Origin: Epiperipatus broadwayi
Taxonomy: Eukaryota; Animalia; Onychophora
Direction of reading: 5' to 3'
NCBI GenBank assembly: GCA_028023455.1
Contig: JAQFVV010000003.1
Span: 18,042,001-18,106,000 of the forward strand
DNA: 64,000 nt
Under the pieces are notes generated by a model, which was given only the letters and a program-made list of their open reading frames with translations, searched no databases and was not told the DNA's origin. Positions 13,336 to 25,515 of the stretch are shown here, one piece after another. A program made the translations under genes and the position numbers. Position 1 is the stretch's first letter, and the number at the start of each line of letters is the position of its first letter.

Positions 13336-16300
13336 ATGAGTAGGTGTCTTTTTATTATTATAAGTCTAAGTTATTAATTTAAACGTTTAGTTTACCCTAA
13401 TGGAGAGGAAAAAACACCCAAGAAAATGAATTTCTTTGGAACCAAAAATTTCAATTTTAGATCGCTTAGCGAAATGAAACAGCGATTGGAAAACATTTTA
13501 GTTTGAGCGAGTCCACTATAATTGCAATTTTAAAAAAATGAAGTTGGTGCTAGTTGTATTTCCTCTTGTGATGAATCTGATGTCTTACTAGTTCACAAAT
13601 GAAACTGTATATCGTCAAATAGCAATAATGATTAAAATACTGTACATGTATGAAAAATGTAAATTACACATTAAAATATATTGTTTTGAATAAAATTAAA
13701 TACTGTAGTTAATAAAAAAAGTACAAAAAGTTTGTCTTGTATCAATTTTTTTCAAATTTGAAATTTTTTATTAGTTATATTTTATTTTCTTATTTTTTTT
13801 AATGCGAATTTTAAAATAATTTTATGTTGTTGCTTTGCTTTTATGCAATTTTTGAAAATTTCAGTATGTATCCCCCATTTTTCAAGGTAAGTTAAGCTTA
13901 TTTTTGAGTGATTTCTTTTGTGTGCATTTTCTGAGGAACCTATCTACTGCATAAAACAAGACCCAGGTGTAACACATTTTATTAAAATTACAGTGAAGCC
14001 TGAATTATATTGTATCAAATATACAACTTCAATTTATATACTATCTAAAAAAAAGTATAAGCAAACAAATGTAAATGAACAAAAAAATATTAAAATTCAT
14101 AAATTTAAATCATTTTCCAATACTTGATCAGTCATTTTTCATCTCAGTGGGTATTTTTAAAATAAAAATAATTTTTCCATCTTGGAGCACCATAATAATC
14201 ATATTTCTTACTAAAAAAAATTTAATTTTTATTAAAGCACATATATTTTTTCATCCTTTATTATCATTTCCAAACTTGATGTATAGTATTATGTATTAAA
14301 AAATATTTTCTAAGATTAATGCTAAAAGTTTTACAATATTTTAGAACAAACTTAAAGCTAAAACTGACTTAAAAACATGAAAACAATTAGAGAGATTGTG
14401 GTTTCTTAATAATAAGACTACTATTATGTTTCTATAAAAAGAAAAAAGTATTTGAAAAAAAAAGAATATCATCCAATGTGTGTTTAACTGTGATGAAATT
14501 CAGACATTTTGCTATTTACTTTATTTAAAAATAATACATTACAGCAAGCTTTTTTTCTCATTCTTATTTTTCATAGAATGAATGAGTGAGCACATATTCA
14601 GTAATATATATTATGTATCCCCTCAATTTATTATTTATGACTATTATTTTTTTTAAATTTTGTTCATAATGTTAATGTATATATGCGTACTATACTACTT
14701 ATAAAAATGACTGTTTAATGTAGCATATATATATATGTGTGTGTATATATATGTTGGAAAATACTTAAACAAGATGTATTTTATTCTGTCAAAGTTTATC
14801 AACAAAATATGAGCTATTATTATATACCATGTACAATGTACATGAGTGGAGCTTGGAACAAAATATAGTATATATCATAACACCACTGTAAATTGAAAAG
14901 AGAAGAAAACAAGAGTATAAAAAAAGATAAACAGATTTGTTTTTAATAATATGACAAAAATAGATCAAAAAATAAAAGAAGGGAAAATAAACATGATTTT
15001 GTGAAAATGGTTAAACCAAAAAAAATTTCAAAAACAAAATAATCCTGAAATAAGTCCAATTAGCAATTTAAAAAAAAAAAAATTTTTTTTCCAAATTAAA
15101 AAAATTATAATCACAATATAATGCAACGAATTTAACACATACTTTAAACAGCCTTCAAAGATAAAAAAATTATTTTGCAAATAGATGATTTGTGTTTGTT
15201 TTTAAGGTAGTTGTACATTTGGTGTTGTGCAACTTCTTGATGGTGTTGTTGCTTGCAAAAATAATGAAATTTAATGTTACTGGGCTGATAATTTTTTGCT
15301 TTCTGCTCTCCCTCAATTTTTCAAAGTATTTTTAAAAAATTTCCGATGGTATTTAACAGAATTTTCATTTTAAAAATATATAAAACAAAGAGTTTGAAAC
15401 TATGTATTATTTTTTGAATGAAAATTAAAATAAATACATGCCCTAGTCTGAATGAACCAAGCTGCCAGCATGTAGTGTGTGTGCGTGTGTGGGGGGACTC
15501 TGATAGTTTTGCTAATCTGAAGGAGCAGCCAATACATACTCTAGTCAGAATGAACCAATATTATGACTTCCAAAACAATGGACAATGGCAGCCATTGTAT
15601 TGCTCTCATAGCTGTTCTCCTCCAAACATGCTTTTTTGTGTGACTTATATGAAATGCTTCAATGACCTACCCTTTTGCAATTATTTTCACCTTCAAAGAT
15701 GTATAGGGAAGTGGGTGAAGATCCTTAATTCAAATTCACATAAAAACCCTTATGGCTTGTTGAATTCTATACACTCTCACATCCTATGGTAACAATTTAT
15801 GAAGTGTGTGCTATTTCCATAGTGACATGAAGCACAGTGTGCCATTTCATGTATACTTAATAACAGTTAATATGAACAGAACTGTTTTATAGGCTATAAG
15901 TTGAACCATGTAAATGGCATATTTCTGTGCTTTTTCAAGCAACAGCACCATCAAGTGGACACATTACACCAAATATACAACTACCATTTTTAATTAACAA
16001 AGATTTTATATTTTTTTTAAATACACTATCATCACTACATCCACTATATCATTATCTGCTATTTCACTTATAAACTATTTGAAAACAAATAATAAAAGTG
16101 TGTAGTTTACATGACAATCATTTCACAGCATAATTCATGTGCTTGAAATTATAATATTCATTATATCTTTTGCATTATGATTATTATCAATTTTCAACAG
16201 TTTATTATTTGTAGAAAAAGTATTTACCTACAAATAATTTTAATATCACAGTAATTATTTAGTTAAAAATGTTTAACCTTTTATATATATTTGTATAAGT

Positions 16301-16346
16301 GATGATCTAAAAAATGTATTTTTTGACAAAAAAGTAATACAGTTCA

Positions 16347-17062
16347 CATGCCAATATTACAAACTTCTTAAATTTAGAATTATTTAATTAATAGGAAAAT
16401 AATATTTAACTATCTATATGTTTTTTTAATAATAGTGATAGTTTATTTAATTAAATATTTTTTCTTACCAAATGATAATATGAAAATTCTAGATAATCTT
16501 TTTTAAACAATAATGTCATTATTTTTAATGAATTATAAATGATTGTAAAGAGGAAAAAAATTACAATTTAAACATTTTTTTTAAATCTCTTTCTTTAGTA
16601 ATTATTTACCAGTTTTAATTTTGAAAAAGTTTACTGAAAATTTTTAATTTTAACTTTTTAAGAGAGATAAAATAAATAAAGTTTTATGTTTAATAGTATT
16701 TTTAAAAAGAATGAAAATAATGATAAAGTTTTAACATGTTTGATAAATTTTAATTTAATTAGTTAGAGGTTTTTTCCTCTTTATCTCTCTCTCTCTAAAT
16801 CAAAGGTAATTAAAAGATTAACTTATTTTGATTTAAGTGAAAAACAAGTACAGAAGTTTTTGACTTGTTTTTCAATAAAAAAAGAAAGAAATAGATGAGC
16901 AGTTGTTTTTGTAAAAATAGATGTAATTGGTTAGTGGCAAATTTTGTCATGTACGGGACAGGGAAGGGATATTCCAAACATAGGGAAGAGGGTAAATGAG
17001 AAGATATCAGTGTCTTGTAAGAAAAAGTTAACATTAAAAGTCTTAATCAAGTTGATGAGAAG
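16347..17062 (+). repeat. Dispersed ~700-bp AT-rich repeat, copy 1 (copy 2 at 35538-36215)
   Basis: Long colinear matches such as cttcttaaatttagaattatttaattaatagg, ttatttaccagttttaattttgaaaaagtttactgaaaatttttaatttt and gaaaaacaagtacag. Confidence 0.85.
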
Positions 17063-18841
17063 ATATGTCAGTCCTGATTCAGCTGCTAAAATAGACAGTA
17101 GAATTTAGTTGTGTTAAGCACACTATAATTCTAGCTGTCAAAAATGTTTTAAATCAAAGACAACAATGAATTAAGTTTAGTGAAAAGCTAGACATCATCT
17201 ATCTTTATGTAACCTACTTTATTGTAAAAAATGTAAAAGAGAAAAATACCCCTGAAGGAATCTTCAACAAATCTTATCTTCATCCAAGAGTATAAGTGTC
17301 TGTATTTTTATGTGAATAGAAATCCTGGGAAATTATGAGATTGCAAAATGAATTCATTTAGTCTGTGAACTAAAAATATTCTATAGAAAAACATGGAAAA
17401 AATTAACTGTGTACATTAGCTTGAAATTGAAAAGCCTTCATGGAGAAACATAATGGAAACTAAAAATTACATATGTCAAAGAAGGACTAAAAAAAAGAAA
17501 ATCATGATCAAAGGTATTTTCTTTACTGTGCACATTACATTTAAATTTATAAAGAAGTTTTAAAATTTCTTTTGAAACATGATTTTTCTTTTTCATTTGA
17601 TTTTCTCTCCAAAATTTAATAGGTTTTTTTAGTTAATTTAAAAGTTTTATCTTTGATTATGAAAAAGTTGTTTTTCAACTTTTGTTATTTAACAGGAAAT
17701 AATTTAATGAATTAAAAGATAATTAATTTAATAAATAAAAATCCACCAATTAATCATATTTTTATATGAAATTATATTTTTTGATAAAAATGTATAAATT
17801 TGAATTATCATGTCATTTTTTAAAATTATTAATGAGTAAATAATTGTAAAAAATATTTTGGTGTTAATGTCTTTATTCCTCCAGCTATCAGTTCTATGAA
17901 TTGGTCATGTGTGTGACTTGATTTCAATACAGCTTAATATTTTAGGGATTTTAAAAAAATATCTTAGTAAAATTATTTAAAATAAAATAAGCTATATATT
18001 TCTGCCTATCTTGTTCACAGTTACAGTTCCTAGAGTCATAGAATCTTGAACTATCTCTAGAGAGCTTAAGAGATAATTATATGAATGTAAGGGTTTATGT
18101 TTTTGTTTGGACATTTTTATGATAACCCTGGATGGTGCAAAGATATCACTTTTAAAGTCCATTCATTGCATTTTGTTCATTAAGACATTTGTATTTATAT
18201 ATAAAGAGAATATTGATGGTTAGCATATATCAGTATCTCAACATTATATTTTATTATAGTAAACATTTAAGCATGTAGATATGTGCATCCAGATTATTGT
18301 ATTATATTTTGCCCTAAGTTTGGTAGTGGCTTGATAAGTAGCCTATTTTATAATGTACCTTTTTTAAGTCCAGTTACAAAAATGATGTTTGACTGTTGAT
18401 GATTTTTTATTATGTGTAATGCTGGGGTAGTTTGTTATAACTTGTAATTTATAACTATGTTTACTATAATTACTTATGTATTGTTTTATTTCATAGCTAT
18501 CTGCTGAGTCATTTTTTTAGTTTATCCCTTTTATATTTATTTATTCTATATTTTGTTTATGTTCATGGTGATGTTGATGTATTCCCATTTTTTCATATTC
18601 TCCTATCATCTGTACTATTACAAATGATGACCCAACTGTGGGTCTGATGATAATTAAATCCTGGTAGTCAGTATATAATGTGACCACATAACTTGAACCT
18701 CAGAATAACACCTGAGAAAAAACCTGTATTTTGATGCAGAATTATTTTTATAAAACATATTGCTGTGAAACATGTGATAAGAGAATAGATGATTAAGTTA
18801 TAATTTGATCATAAATAATAAAAGTTGTGATATATATATAT

Positions 18842-19318
18842 ATAATCAAAACAAATTATAAATTTTGTAACTTGCCTTTAAGCTTGGATTTTATGATCAC
18901 TAGATGGAGCTTACCAATCAGCTCCAAATAAGCTTTGTTTATATAAATAGCAAAAGAGATAGAATTCAAAATCTCTATTATTGTCACCCACCTCCAGACC
19001 AGCTGGTTTCGAGCTTATTGGGTCATGTCAGTGAAGAGCTGGGAGACTAAAAACTAGACCTAAAATACCAACACTAAAGTCAACACTTATCAAACACATT
19101 TCTATCAATTTGAAAGCATGAATTTATTAGAGATGTAAATGTCTTCAAACTCAGTCTAACAAATCAGATAGCTATATGGGTCTGGAATCAGTTCACTTTC
19201 ACCATATAGTAAAAGCCTCTGCAATTTATAGCATTGCAAAAACCTTCAAAGGTACATTTATGATAATCAAAAGAAGTTATAAATTTTATAACTTGTCTTT
19301 AAGCTTGCATTTTATGAT
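18842..19318 (-). mobile_element. HHR family 3 element: ~421-nt unit with 56-nt terminal direct repeat and decayed hammerhead at 18992-19036
   Basis: 18842-18897 matches 19263-19318 (ataatcaaaa...ttataaatttt.taacttg.ctttaagcttg.attttatgat). Minus strand reads cttca CTGACAT GACC caataa GCTC GAAA C cagctg GTC tggag, with a palindromic stem III ACCAGCTGGT and a mutated core. Confidence 0.6.
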
Positions 19319-19330
19319 ATATATATATAT

Positions 19331-22300
19331 TGAAGTGATCAGTGGGTATGCACACACAGAGCTTCATGTTAGTGTTAGAATGTGTATATCTATAGATTTT
19401 TAAAGATCAAATATCTAATTTTTCATTTTTTTATTTTTTGTTAAAAGGGATAATATACAGATGCATGTGTGTGTCTTGATGAATGAGAGGGCTCATATAT
19501 ATATATATATCTTGTTTTATTGAAATGCATTTTTTATATATATTTAGAAAGAAAGATATATTTTTTTTGTCTTATATATTTTTTTCCTAAAAGGCAATTC
19601 TTTCCTTGTGAATAACATTTTTATAGTTTTTTTTTAAACATTCCGAAAGATGTAGTTGCATGGAAGTGTTAAATTATTTTCTCATCTTTAAGGCCATTAA
19701 AAATGCAATTAAGATTTTCATACCTTGGTGTAATCTTAACAGGATTGTGTCAACTGATTTGAAACAAAGATCAATCTAGCGGTCTGTTTTCATTTTTAAC
19801 CCAGGGCAGTTATAGTATAGGTGTTGAAAAATATAGAAAACAAAGAGTTGCTTAGCAAAAGTTTTCATATAAATACTGGGCTAAATTTTCTAGAAGGCAA
19901 TCAAAGAATCAAGACCATCAAAGTCAAGCAATCAAAGAATAAAAATAAAGTTGTTGGCAGTAAAAAAAAGTTTTTTTTTAAAAGCAAAAAGTTTTTAAGA
20001 GTCAAAGTGACTCTCTCTAATAGACCAATTGACTATATTTAAGCTGAGAATAGATCATCGCTATGGTTCATGGGTAGGTAAAATTTACCTTTCCCTTCTC
20101 TGGAAAATCTCCAGAAAAATGCATCTAAAGAAGAGGGAAAAATCCAATTGATCCCATGCTGCTGCCTGAAAGAAAATGGAAAACCAATTTCGAAGCCAGT
20201 CTATCTTGAGTCCAGTAAAGCTCAAGGTCAATCCTGACAATGAGTGAACCAGTAGGAAAATATCTGCCTCAATCAAAGTGACACAGTAATGCATTGCAAG
20301 TATAAACTTTTAATCTTTAAAAAATATTTATATCTTAGAAATCCCTTCTATAAAAACTTGAGAACATTTAATTTCCTCAAATTTATAAAATTCATAAAAG
20401 ACTATCTTAAAAAAGATGTGTTTCAAAAGGACAGTGATATATATGATTGTTTTAGTTTTTTTTATTATTGTTTTTAACAAGTCAATTTGAATTATAACTA
20501 GATTACTTATTAATGATTAAAAAAAAGAATGTAATGTATAATTCTAAGTGGAACAAAAGATTATTATAGAGTTTATAAATATAGCTTTTATATGTTTTAT
20601 TTTGAGATATGCCGGTATGTTTTCTTTAGATATATATATATTTGATTGATTAATTTATTTATGCCAATCTAGTAAAGTATGAACAAATGATATTATACTA
20701 TTAAACCAATTTATCTATAAATTTGTTTGCTTTATCCCGAATCTAAAGTGGGAAAGGGGCAATGATTTTTATAATGGTAAAATAAGAAACAGTCAAAGTT
20801 AAATTTCTTAAATCGTGTCTAATTCTGGCTTAGTTAAAAATGTCATTTGTTTAAAAAGAGAGAGAGAGAGAGAAAAGAAATTGAATATCTGTATTAAAAA
20901 TCCGCCCTCTTCCCGTATATGCATAATTATAGTACCTTGTTAAAGAAATTTAAAATATAAATGAGTGTTAAAATTATTTTATTTTATTTAGATTAAGATT
21001 CTTTGTGACAATTAAAAAAATGAAATAATATATATATATGCATTTATTTAAGTGTTGAAGTAAAATAAAAAATAATGATAGTGCTTTTTTCTCAAGTATA
21101 AAACGGGCAATATTACTTATTGCAAAGATATGTGTTCATCTCACTCTATATATATTTAGTGATGCATGCATTTGGAAAGAAATATCTCGGCAGTAGTATT
21201 TTTTTTTTTTGCCTCTTTAGCATTTTATGGTTAAGATTTATATTTCAAACACTTGAGCGTTTTTTAGCCTATAAGATATGGTTGTCTTAAATTTCCCCAT
21301 TATTACTTATTTAATACAGGTTTAGGAAAATATTTGTGCAGATATAAGTTAATGCTTTTAATGGGCAAATATATCAGTGGTGCTTAATAGAATGATCTAT
21401 GCCTATATGGCTTTTAATAATGAATATATGTTGAGTAATGCTATGCGGACTGCCAGACGGATATTTTACCGGTCCTGGCGATACAAGATAGCCATGATTT
21501 TCTTTGAGCCGATGAATGGGTATACTCTATGATGATAGGGATTCAAAGCCCACGCTCTATTCTTTCCTATACAAGCCAAGCTGAATGTGGATGTGTTATC
21601 ATAGGAACCTATATATATATTACTGCTCGACAAAGGAGATTGGCCCATGTTTGCCAATGCTAATAATATAGGCAGCACAGGATTCGAACCAGACGCCACT
21701 GAATGCTGTGATTAGATTTCTTAATCATACCTGTTGGTAATGCTGTGTGAAATAGATAAACCATATTTATCATATAACTATTAATAATGAAGGGAGCTAA
21801 AATTATGCTTTGATCCATAACTCCTGCTGCGAATATTAAAATTAAAATATAATAATATTCAAAATATATATACTTAACTTCCCCTATATATGTAAACACA
21901 TGCATAAATTTATTATATATATATATCTATTTGGCCTCTAACTTAATATAACCAGGTATTGTGTTTGCTCTCCATAATTGGCATATTAATTTTATAGTGG
22001 CATATTTCTTGATAAAATATTATCATTCTTAATATAAAAATTTGTTTATGCTGACACAGGTATAATTCTGATTATTTACTATATGTGTAACTATCATTTC
22101 TGGTTAATTTATAATTATTGTTTTAATTCACAATTGTTGTTGTCATGAATTCCAGTATGACTTCATTGTAATGCACACACACATCTAATACTGATGTTCA
22201 TTATTGTAATTGTTGTTTTAATAGTTCATGATTTGGTTGTCATTATTCACAGGTGACTTCCTTGTAAAAATCATACATTTATCCTGGTGATATCTAAATA

Positions 22301-22942
22301 CTGTACTTTTATAAATAACTTATGGTTGAATATTGTAATTCTTGGTAAAAATCACATATTTATCCTAGTGATATCTAAATTTTGTACCATTATCAATAAC
22401 TGATAATTAAACATTGTAATTATTATTTTTTGGTTTAAATGTAACCCCATACATGGATCATAATAAGATCCAAACATGGTTATTATTATTTATATTTTCT
22501 AATGAATTGTGTTAATAAATTTTATATATCTATACTGTTGTCATGTCATTCCCTGGTTCATCATATCCACTCAACCATATCCACTATTGATTAAGTCATA
22601 TATAGATGTATCCAAAACCTATGAAATATTTAAAATAATATTTTGAGCTATATCAAAGTATTTAGTGAGTATCTTAGATTAAATTAATAAAGTCTAGTGC
22701 ATGATAGGCTAAGTTTGTATTGAGAGTCCTTGTTTCTACCCTGACCACCGGGACTGAAGAAAAATGATGACCATTAGTAGTATCAGGAGCGTTGGTTGGA
22801 TATTGAAGATTTTGGAGCACTGGCAAATAGGTTAAAGCTTAGTACTGTTCCGCGACTACCATATCCTGAACATACTGGGTTTGAAGTACTTTTACTAGGT
22901 TTCTGAATCTTGTTGGTTGATCAGACGATTCTGGCTGTTACA
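19331..22942 (+). repeat. ~3.6-kb direct repeat, left copy (LTR-like, TG...CA)
   Basis: Colinear with 25516-29106 from tgaag(t/c)gatcagtggg to ctggc(tg/ca)ttaca, about 90-95% identical by eye with scattered indels. Confidence 0.95.
21640..21720 (-). mobile_element. tRNA-derived SINE-like head inside the 3.6-kb repeat (duplicated at about 27820-27890)
   Basis: B-box GGTTCGAATCC on the minus strand (plus 21680-21690 and 27845-27855); no clear A-box. Confidence 0.4.
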
Positions 22943-23949
22943 TGGTTGTATTTTTTTTTCCGGGTTTGGCTTCCCAACATGAGGCTTCGATTATTTAAAC
23001 TCACACACCCTGATCACCTGAGCAATAATTTGGATTTAAATTTTTTTTTTTTTTTATGTAAAATATGTAGAGATATATTTCAGGTTTGATGCCAATATGA
23101 GGCAATTGAATTTATTCACTCACTTCCATAAAAGATGGAGATTGTTTCTCAAGCCTGTTACATGGGTTTTGATGTTGTATTGGATTGTGGTTGGTGACAT
23201 GGCACCCAGAGGTAATCTTTGAAAAAGAAATTTTTTTTTCGGGTTACTCTAAATAAATTTTTTCATCAGCCAGGATTCCAATAATCATTGTGGATATTAC
23301 TTTGGTGTGTGAATTGATGATGATGGGAGGCACAGACTGATATGGATATAAACAAAAGGGGGTGACAATTGGATAATAGAGTGTGATGATTGTGTGTAAG
23401 ATAACATTTTTATATCTTAGCAGTTGTCTAGGTACAATAGAGCAAGCAACCTGTAAGCAAGGGGGTAGTGACTGGTCTCAAGAGGGTAAGAGAAATTTTT
23501 TTGTATATACTATCTATGTACAAATACATTTTTATTTTCATTGTACATCTGATATTTGTCTGTTGAATAGTAGATAGGCAGGTATGGACTTAGGATGAAT
23601 ATAAAAAAATGGAACAGGCAGGACATAGGAGTGATAGGGAAGAGGTGAAGATGCATAGGAGATCAGAGCAGGGGAAGATATAACACTTAAAAGACAATAA
23701 CCGGAGAAAAGAGGAAAGAGAGAATATATTTTATAAGATGGCAAGTGAATGGCAAAGAGGTGTGAGAAAATGCTGAGTGAATTCAGTAAGAGCGATGAGA
23801 ACATAAACAAAACTTTAGATAATCTAGGAAAGGCTCCATAGGGGAACTCCAAGACCAGCCAAAAAGAAATGCAGAATGTATGAGAACAGCAGGAGGAAAT
23901 AAGGGACTTGCAACCTGATCAACTGGGAAATATTGAGACAGTATCCCAA

Positions 23950-24790
23950 GTAACAATTCAAAAACCACTGGTTGAATTTGTTCAGGTATCACCAGAGGTG
24001 GAAGTTAGGGAAGAACAAAGTGCTAAATTAGTGTGTGAAACTTCCAGTGAAAAAGATATGGTAGAATGGCAGAAAGAAACACAGACTCTTCCAGAGGTAA
24101 GAGAAATACAACCTCATTGCTGAAGATTGAAAAAAATATCAATCACTAACAAGGTTACTATGGATGATGTAGTAAAATATAGTTATTCCATGGATGATAA
24201 CAGCACAACAGCAGAAGTCAAAGACCTAGTCAAACCAAAACTCCAATGACTCCACAGATAGTCAGTTGTGATAAAACTGCAATTACAATCAGATGGGGTG
24301 AACCTGAGGAGGATGGCAGTTCCATGTGTAATTATGTAATTGAAAGACATGATAATATTAGTTTAAGATGGGTTACATTCAAAGCTGGTTTTGAAATAAA
24401 TGAAACTTACTACACTGTAACAGGTTTAACTGAAGGTTTAGAATGAGTTCAGAGTGATTGTCCAAAATGCTACAGATATGGGGAGGCCCTCATCTCCATC
24501 TAAATCCATCAAAGCCAAGGCACTATTTGTTGCTAAACCCCTAACCATGATAAAAAGGTTAAATGATGTTAATGGTTATATTCATAAAGATGTGACTCTT
24601 CAGTGCAAATTTAAGAGTGATCTTTTGCCTACTGTCATGTGGTGTATGGATGGAAAGGGACATGAACCTAGCAATAAGTGCTTGATGACTTGTATGAAAA
24701 CTACAATGAGAATGGCTATTGTTAAAGCTAGCATTGAGGATTCTGGAAAGTGTGTTGGTGAAATAAGTGATCATGTGGAAAATAAGCATG
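23950..24790 (+). pseudogene. Decayed Ig-FN3-Ig fragment of a titin/twitchin/obscurin-like giant muscle protein
   Basis: Ig I-set: EFVQVSPEVEVREEQSAKLVCETSSEKDMVEWQK...KVTMDDVVKYSY. FN3: PMTPQIVSCDKTAITIRWGEPEEDGSSMCNYVIER...W...YTVTGLTEGLE*...NATDMGRPSSPS. Second Ig: IKRLNDVNGYIHKDVTLQCKF...VMWCMDGK...IEDSGK. The domains are contiguous, with frameshifts and in-frame stops. Confidence 0.85.
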
Positions 24791-25515
24791 AGAGTTGGTT
24801 AAAGCTGATCAACCATAAAGTTAATCAGGCCACTAACTTTAGACCAATCTACTTTTATTTTGGTCATGGCTTCCAGAGCATGAGAAAACCCCTCTATCAA
24901 CAGGGGGAAAGAGAATTGACAAAGGATACCAGAAGGAAGCCTTGAAACACTTAAAGAGAACTGCAGAAAAACAAAAAAAGAGGGGCATACAACCATTTGA
25001 TTTCCAAGTTGGTGGCCATGTGTGGGTGCACATGCAAGATGTTGGGGGCTCATGGCAGAATCAGTGTAGAAAATTCTCTCCATTATATTGTCCACCCCTC
25101 AAGATAAGAAAGCTTTGTGAAGAAAAGGCATTTCTCATTCAGGAATATAAGGGAACCAACAAACATGTGAGGCCCTGAATTTAAAGCCCTACCACCAGGT
25201 ACCTCCAGATCCAGGAAAAACTTAGAGGGTCTTAGAAAATAGGTAGTGATGGGTATTGATTTTTAAATGGACCATGAATTTTCAAATTATTCCTTAAGTA
25301 TAAAGCTATGTAAATTTTTTTTGGGAGGCATGTATGTTGGGTGTAGGGAAATTTTAATCAATCACTAACCATAGAATATATTAATATTTTTTTGTTATGA
25401 AACAGTTCGGTTACTCTTTCATATAAACTTCAAGGATCTCTGCAGTTGAAAAAAAGGGATTTACCAGAGTAGGTTTGATCTTTTTTTTTTTTTTTTTTTC
25501 GTAACTTGAACGATA

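Noticed and set aside
15443-15560. ctagtc(t/a)gaatgaaccaa repeated 98 nt apart with CCAAT-like boxes, within ORF 15418..15792
   Set aside because: Two short copies only; the ORF has no recognisable domain and there is no further support.
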